NCBI GenBank assembly: GCA_000934665.2
Contig: KZ538035.1
Coordinates: 124,001 to 149,736 of the forward strand
DNA: 25,736 bases
From: Catajapyx aquilonaris
Lineage: Eukaryota
Direction of reading: 5' to 3'
Each line of letters begins with the position of its first letter. Positions within the stretch are counted from its first letter, which is position 1. The notes under the pieces are model-generated. The model ran no database searches. It saw only the letters and a list, made by a program, of their open reading frames with translations, and was not told the DNA's origin. Positions 19,801 through 25,736 of this stretch are shown here, one piece after another. A program made the position numbers and the translations under genes.

Positions 19801-22800
19801 TCATTTCCAGAAAAGAGCATCACTCCATGTCCACAAATGGGTCATTCCATGTGAAATGGGCCAGGGGTGGTTGCTCGAGCATCTAGTTAATGTTTAATAG
19901 TTTCAGCATGGGTGGCCTTGATATTGACTTGTTCAAACTTGTGTTATTTCTTTATCTACCACCATTTTGGCTTTATGCTTATTTTCCTTCACCGCGGCGA
20001 GCAAAAACGAGCATTTGTAAGGGTTCTGAAAAAAGGCTACTATTTGGTGTCTATTCAAGATAGCATGTTTTGGTTTTCACTTCCTGAAAGTAGAGATCTT
20101 GGCCTTTCAGAATATGTACACCCGCGAGCATAAAGATGGAGACGGCAGGCCCTCACCTTTGGCAGGCTGCTCCGCCAATCTCAGTTATTACGGTATCAAA
20201 TATACTGTCATAAATACATGAACACACACCTGAAGCAGCAAACTCCATCCAAAAAGTGTTCATTAATTTGAGTCGGATAAAAAAAGGTCAAAAAAGGGCC
20301 TGCCGTCTCCATCTTCATGCTCGTGGGGGTACATACATGTGGGATAAAACTTGGGTAACTGGGACTTCAATGGGCTTCAATATAGCTATCAAAATGAGAA
20401 ATTTTTCCAATTTCAAAGGCCTGTAAAACCAAAAAGGCTTGAAATTCCAGAGTGATTTTTATTTTTTCCAAGGACACTGACTGGAAGGGTATCCAGCCAT
20501 GGTAAAATAAATCTAGGTTTGCAAGCCCTTCTGGCCGATTATTCGGTCCAAAATTAGAAAAAATTTGACATTTGCGGATTTCAAGGTCAAAGGGCGGGGC
20601 CTAGCAAATATGGATATCTACTAGTACGTAGTTAAAAACTGAAAAAAACTTTGGGCTGTTCACTTTGACATACACGCGACTTTCGCCTTTACGGATGTCG
20701 CGCCTCAGGTGTTTCACTGCGGGACATCGTAAAAGTGTACAGCCCAAGGTATTTTTCACAGTTTTTAACTAAGTACTAGTACGTATCCATGGCCAAAATT
20801 TCGAATTTTGCCAGGCCCCCATTGCAAGATAGTTGACCTTGAAAAAAAAAAAAAATCCACCCTGGGATTTCAAGCCCTTTTAGTTTTACAGGCCTGTGAA
20901 ATTGGAATTTCTCATTTTGTTAGCTATATTGAAGCTCATTAAAGTCCCAAAGTTCTATCCTACATGTATGTACATATTCTGAAAGGCTCAGATCTCTACT
21001 TTCAGGAAGTGAAAACCAGAACACCCAATCTTGAATAGACACCAAATAGTAGCCTTTTTTCAGAACCCTTACAAATGCTCGTTTTTGCTCGCCGCTGTGA
21101 AGAAAATGAGTATAAATCCAACATGGTGGGAGATTAAAAAATAACAAAAATAGTTTTGAGCAAGTCAATATCAAGCCCACCCATGGTGAAAAAATATTAA
21201 AAATTAACTAGATGGTCGAGCAACCATCAAATATATTGGCTGATTTCACATGGAATGACCTAAATATCAATAGACAATAAGTTGAAGAATTTCGGCAACA
21301 TAATATTTTGCTATCATAGCAGCATTAGAAACTCCCATCCTACTAGCATTAAACTGGTAACATGTAGTTTCCAGTCTCAAAACTAAAGAAAAACCTCAAT
21401 ATTATTGCTTACCTTCCATGTTTTTCTGCTTTAGGCTCAGGATCCTCACTCTGGGTCTGAACTTCTACACTGTGCATCAGTGGGCGTGTCTTGCCCACCC
21501 CTGATGCTTCAGTTGCCACCCCCACAACCTCACAGCCACTCCTTGCCTCTCCAGACTCCTCTGCAGCTTCTGTACTTCCTGTCCCCCCTGCTATGCTGGA
21601 AGGAGTGCTTGCCCTGCTGCTCTCCAGACTTCTCAACTCTTCCATTCTATTCCAGTACTCCTGTAGGTTCAGTTTCCTCTTCGGTTTTGGCTTCTCCTCT
21701 TCCACTGATTGTGATACTCCCACAGCCTGCTCCCCAACATTGTTGGGCACCACCGCGTTAGAAATGTCCTTGATGTAAGGAGGCAGCTTGTCGTACAGCA
21801 GTTTGCCTTCACGTGAGATGTCGCTTGCATCACTTACGTCACCTGACTCCATTCCACTGTTGGACATAATTATTATTCTTTTACATCTTGCCACATGATT
21901 GGCATAAATTAGGTATTAATAATATAACAGGAGCATTTCCATGCAATAATTTCTGACCAATGAAACTACACAGTCAAGGAATATATATATTTTTAGTGAC
22001 ATAGCTTAACAACTTCTCAATAGCCGTCAATAGCCTTCTCCAAACTGGTACATTAAGTGCTTGGGACTAGTCCAGTGGAATCTTCGTCCCTCTGCTAGTC
22101 ACTGCTAACTTAGCAGTACCAGTGTAGCAGTGGGACTAAAATTCGACACGCCGACTTTTAAGGAAATTTGAACTGGGTGGCCAGTATATGGCTTTGGGTG
22201 TCCCTGGCACAAAAGGTTTGTTCAAGTCCTGGTGTTGTTGGTAATCAGAAGGATGCAGTAAAGGACCACTTATTTATGATAGCAAAGGCACTTTCTCAAC
22301 TTCAATATACCGTAATACAATCTCGAACACTAATTTCCCAAATTCAAGTGGAATTCCAAAATGAGTTGGGTCGTGCAATTCCACTCTGGTTAGGGACCAT
22401 TTGTAATTACCCAGCGAGAAAGTGTTGCATAAAACTTGATGCAACCTGAAACACCTATTACTATTTTGCGGAATGTGTACTGCATTGGTTTTCGATATAT
22501 CTGCCACTTTGGATTGGCCTGCTCTTCTCGGGAGCGTCTATTTGGCACCAACTGAGATAACAGTCCAGAAATCAACAATGGGAGTCCAAGGATTGCCTAA
22601 GAACTAATTCAGAGCAGCAAAACAGGTCACGCCTAATATTGAAATATTTCGCCTATATGCACATTAACCTTGGGGCAGTTCTTCATCCTACTGCTAGTTA
22701 GCTGCACCATTGCCCACTTGTAACCATGACCAACCTACGAGAAGGCTCACGGGAGAATCATAACTATTGTTGACGCAAACAATGGTAGTGATGTCATATG

Positions 22801-25431
22801 CCTTTAACCCTAATTGGATTGGTGCCATTTCATGTTTCGTGAAAATTTTGGAAGGGTTGGCAAAAACACCTGCTGGCCTGTTCCCCCCCCCCCCNCCCCC
22901 CCCCCCTCCCTCCTTTTCTTTCTTTCTTTCATTCTTTCTTTTTCATTATCCCATTGGGATTTACCATATCCTTTAGGGGGGTGAATTACCACCATCGGAA
23001 ATTGGAGCCATATAAGATCTTAATTAATTATTCCAGGGTAGGTAGGAGGGGATGTGCAAAGTGCAAGTGCAATGTCTCTAATGGTCATTTTGTGAGCTCC
23101 CCCGGGCGGCTTAGTCTGTCGGAAATTGCCACCCTAAATGAAGCCAGAGATGGCCCAACTCTCCCCGGATAAAGGTGGGAACCACGGGTAGGGGTCGAAC
23201 CCGGGACCTTAATATCCGTGGGCGCGAGCGTTACCGCTGCGCCACTTCACCTCCCCGCTGGCCTGCTATTAGTGATATGTAATGGCAAAAATTGCATTCA
23301 GATATTGCATTTTGGACATACCTAAAAAGATTGGGCACTTTTGGTTGCATCTGAGAAGCAATTTTGTTGGGGGTGGGAAAGTCTATGCATTCCACAGGTG
23401 CACTAGGATTATGATCTTCTGAAATCACTATATTTGTTTCCTACACAATCACTCGTTGATGCGACCACGACCAACAGCAGTATCGGGAGGTGTCCACTGA
23501 CCTGGTGTGTCATGTTACTGGCCAAACCCCAGGGTCTTTGCCAGAGACTAAAACACAACCCCCTACGAGTAACCTTGCAAGGCCTGACATCAGCAGTGCT
23601 GACTTTGCCAGCCTGACCTACTTGCACAGGGGCTGATGCTCCATCCCCCAGAGGCAGTGTTTAAAACTAATAGCAGTCTCATTGAGTTAATTTTTTGGCA
23701 GCATACGTTGTTAAAGTGCCAGCAGCATCTTAGCAGGAGGACAAAATATCCACCCCTCATTTGTAATGTCCATTTACCTATCCTTCCGGCTCTCAGACTC
23801 TGCCTTCTTCTCTGCAGTTGTCTTTGGGGCCAAAACTGTGAAGTACTCAGGGAGCCTGTTGTACAATGCCTTTCGTCCAACATTTTCTTTTAAAAGGCTG
23901 CGGCCAGATGGGACATACTCAGATGCATTTGAATTGTAGAAAACAGTGGGACGTGGAGGGTTGTAATTTGCAACCTGAAAAGAGAGAGTCACTGTAATTA
24001 TACATCCAGTACTGTAGCCAAAGTTTAGCCACATTGAAAATTACTGAGGAAGTGGTCCTCTGATGTTTTATTATGAGTGATAATATTTGTAATTAATTGT
24101 CATATAGGTTACAACTAAAGTCCGGATTTTTAGGCAAATGCCTATTTAGTTCCTTTGCAGTTGGGATAGTTTTGTGAAGAGATCTATCCATTTCATAAGT
24201 GCAGGATGTGGAAAATGTAGGTTTCATAGTGCCTCAAATTGCCTATTTCGTGGTTTTGGGAACTCTTTTCCCTATTCTGGCTTTTTGCGCCTATTCATGC
24301 CTATTTGGCCTCTTTTGGGATGGTTTTTGAACTTTTTGAAGCAATTTCGGGACTTTTTGGGCCTATTCCAGACCTATTCCTTCAGAGGCATGTTTGTTTT
24401 TTTGCCGACTATTTTTTGTGCTCCTGAAAGGACCAAAATAGTTCAGAAGTAATTAGTTTCACTAATGAAAATCTACAAAAATATTTGGTAACACACTGTG
24501 CAAGTGGAAACGGGCTATAAGGGGCAGAGTCCAGAGCAAGTGACACTTGCTTACACTTTGTGTCTTTTGCCTAAATTTTGTGATTTTCTGTCAGATTATC
24601 GTTGTTATCCGGTTTTTGCTCCAGTTTGTGACCTTTATTTATACATTAGTCCTAAAAAATTGGTGTCTCTCTTGATTTTCCGAAACATTATCCTCCATAC
24701 GCCCACAAAAGTAAAATATTTAGGCCTATTTCAGGGTTTTTTAAGCCTAAAAATCCGGACTCTAGTTATAACGCACATCATTAACATATTAACCTCATAA
24801 AACTACCCACCTTGCACTTATCACCACATTGATTGGAACAATAATCATGATCCATGTGCACTGATTCTCCATTTCTGCGAAGGACAGCACGAGCAATCTT
24901 GGAGCGCTGAACAAACGCACCCGCTTCATGGATGCGGTTGGCAATGCTGTTACACTTTACAGATGGTGGTGGTACTACCATTGGAGGAACAACTGTAGAT
25001 TTCTTCTTCAGCAGTGATCTGACTTTCTCCATCGTGGCTGGAGGGTTACTAGGTGGCGTTGGCATTGGACAATCTTCCTTCTTCACTGAACTTAAGAGGC
25101 TTTCCTGTTTCTTTGGTGGCATGACTGCAGGTCTTCCAGGTGATTCTGGGACTGAGGAAGCCGCGGGGTCGGATATGGCAGTATTGACAGCCTCTGATGC
25201 TTCGAACTGCTCAAGCAGACTAGATGTATCAAGTGCTTCCAAGACAGGTTGCTGCTCCTCTATAACAGTTTCTACATCGATGTCATCAAACTCTGACTTG
25301 AGTTCGCAATCCTCCAGTTTAACTTCAGACTTTAACTCCAGTTTCAATTGTGGCTCCTCTGGTACTACAGGCATCATTGGGCCTTGACGAGATAGTTCAT
25401 CCATATTGGGCTTAATGTCCTCATCAGTTAC
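16772..25431 (-). CDS. srl: PGC-1 family coactivator (PPRC1 / Drosophila spargel-like), 3' portion; 6 coding exons, about 739 aa, 5' end outside the window
   Basis: Join (minus): 24811-25431, 23778-23974, 21413-21856, 19038-19724 (or 19727), 17848-17993, 16772-16896, phase-consistent. It has the PGC-1 family hallmarks: DHDYC (HCF-binding type motif), an RS domain, an RRM (RRVIYVGRI...FGPIEDISVHFRERGDNYGFVTF), LCFGGRRAFCKQRYCDLD and a C-terminal DFDSLLRQA. Confidence 0.93.
17377..17627. mobile_element. MITE-like element, superfamily unclear
   Basis: 22-bp inverted repeat tctgacgccccaagaaaaaacc / ggtttttgcttgtggcgtcaga (2 mismatches); no clean TSD. Confidence 0.6.
17848..17993 (-). CDS. srl: PGC-1-like exon E (second half of the RRM; missed by the ORF track)
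   Basis: ttccag|DNYGFVTFMYKVDAYVAVEHGNDNKSLPKWELCFGGRRAFCKQRYCDL|gtgagt. Confidence 0.95.
18211..18987. mobile_element. piggyBac-like foldback MITE, 777 bp
   Basis: TTAA|CCCTTTCGCTACC...GGTAGCAAAGGGG|TTAA; the arms are imperfectly complementary over more than 300 bp. Confidence 0.88.
19038..19724 (-). CDS. srl: PGC-1-like exon D (RS domain and first half of the RRM)
   Basis: CAGCAG acceptor; Ser/Arg-rich tract, then RRVIYVGRIADG...VHFRER-GG|gtgagt. Confidence 0.94.
19458..19517. repeat. Coding hexanucleotide repeat (CGGGAC)6(CTGGAC)4 encoding (SR)10
   Basis: Read directly; lies inside the RS domain of exon D. Confidence 0.95.
19839..21261. mobile_element. 1.4-kb foldback element with 4-bp AAAT TSD (Sola-like; superfamily inferred)
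   Basis: aaat|GGGTCATTCCATGTGAAAT...ATTTCACATGGAATGACCT|aaat; the arms pair almost to the centre (about 20700). Confidence 0.82.
20119..20329. mobile_element. Nested TA-TSD MITE (Tc1/mariner-type) inside the left arm of the foldback
   Basis: About 35-bp TIRs cacccgcgagcataaagatggagacggcaggccct / agggcctgccgtctccatcttcatgctcgtggggg, TA duplicated; the right arm of the host shows the empty site. Confidence 0.85.
21413..21856 (-). CDS. srl: PGC-1-like exon C
   Basis: caacag|T-GMESGDVSDAS...KRKLNLQEYWNR...EKHG-AG|gtaagc. Confidence 0.9.
23054..23256 (-). mobile_element. tRNA-derived SINE with intact Pol III boxes and a (TTGCAC)-like tail
   Basis: A box TGGCGCAGCGG (23234-23244), B box GGTTCGACCCC (23191-23201), a body shared with 13546-13713 and a short tandem tail at 23054-23073. 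Confidence 0.8.
23778..23974 (-). CDS. srl: PGC-1-like exon B
   Basis: tttcag|VANYNPPRP...LYNRLPEYF...SRKD-AG|gtaaat. Confidence 0.87.
24116..24764. mobile_element. hAT-like MITE, 649 bp
   Basis: 20-bp TIRs taaagtccggatttttaggc / gcctaaaaatccggactcta; 8-bp TSD gttacaac/gttataac; many subterminal gcctatt motifs. Confidence 0.85.
24811..25431 (-). CDS. srl: PGC-1-like exon A (SLLEQFE and DHDYC motifs)
   Basis: tctcag|VTDEDIKP...SSLLEQFEASE...HMDHDYC...DKCK|gtgggt. Confidence 0.9.
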
Positions 25432-25736
25432 CTGAGAAATATATATGCAATCAGACAAGCAAGACTACAACTTGCGCATGCAAGAGTGTAAAATATGCAC
25501 AGCAATATTATCCCACCTACATTGCATATCAAGAACAAATGGTCTTTAAACTTGGGGCTACTTCACAATGGGCAGGAACAAGGCACCTAGATTGAGCGTA
25601 ATGAAAAATTCACACATACAACCGCACTGGTTGTATGTGTGAATGGGGAACTAGCCTTCATTTTGGAAACTACATAATAAATTCGCCCATATTTTTTGGA
25701 TTTTTTTGGCATATTCCGTTTTAAGATATCAGTTCC

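Noticed and set aside
19912..21180. Pair of near-identical ORFs on opposite strands (19912-20133 + and 20920-21180 -)
   Set aside because: They result from the foldback's inverted arms and show no transposase or other recognisable motif.
22883..22906. Poly-C run containing an ambiguous base (n at 22895); G4-capable on the transcript strand
   Set aside because: The homopolymer with an N suggests assembly uncertainty, so its length is unreliable.
23180..23256. Possible tRNA gene
   Set aside because: A and B boxes are present, but there is no acceptor or anticodon stem pairing, and the sequence continues into a body shared with another copy; it is a SINE head.
259..25431. Functional cluster of PGC-1, AP2S1 and ATG2 as a nutrient/autophagy 'operon'
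   Set aside because: Same-strand adjacency of three housekeeping genes is common, and each appears to have its own promoter-like region or lies downstream of a poly(A) signal. Only the AP2S1-ATG2 junction is kept as a testable lead.
1..25736. CRISPR arrays, rRNA genes, prokaryotic operons or an intact transposase
   Set aside because: There is no regularly spaced repeat-spacer array, rRNA-like sequence or long uninterrupted ORF with DDE or RT motifs; the window is spliced eukaryotic DNA.

Overview
This is eukaryotic genomic DNA, most likely from an arthropod (probably an insect); that assignment is inferred from the intron-rich genes, protein style and MITE load. Three spliced genes lie in tandem on the minus strand. 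(1) The last 6 coding exons of a PGC-1/PPRC1/spargel-family coactivator (DHDYC motif, RS domain, RRM, DFDSLL tail; stop at 16772); its 5' end lies beyond the window. (2) A complete AP-2 sigma subunit gene, AP2S1 (4 coding exons, 142 aa). (3) The 5' part of ATG2 (17 coding exons, about 1080 aa), which runs off the left edge. I traced all exon boundaries by hand; they use GT-AG sites and keep a consistent phase. Introns and spacers hold many non-autonomous DNA transposons (piggyBac-like TTAA, hAT-like 8-bp TSD, Tc1/pogo-like TA, Sola-like, Academ-like) and two copies of one tRNA-derived SINE. I found no convincing new multi-gene system. The best leads are structural or regulatory: a head-to-head MITE dimer upstream of AP2S1 with a perfect 78-bp stem, two large foldbacks bracketing the RS/RRM exon, a DSGxxS degron formed only by splicing, and a tight AP2S1-ATG2 junction with no canonical poly(A) signal.
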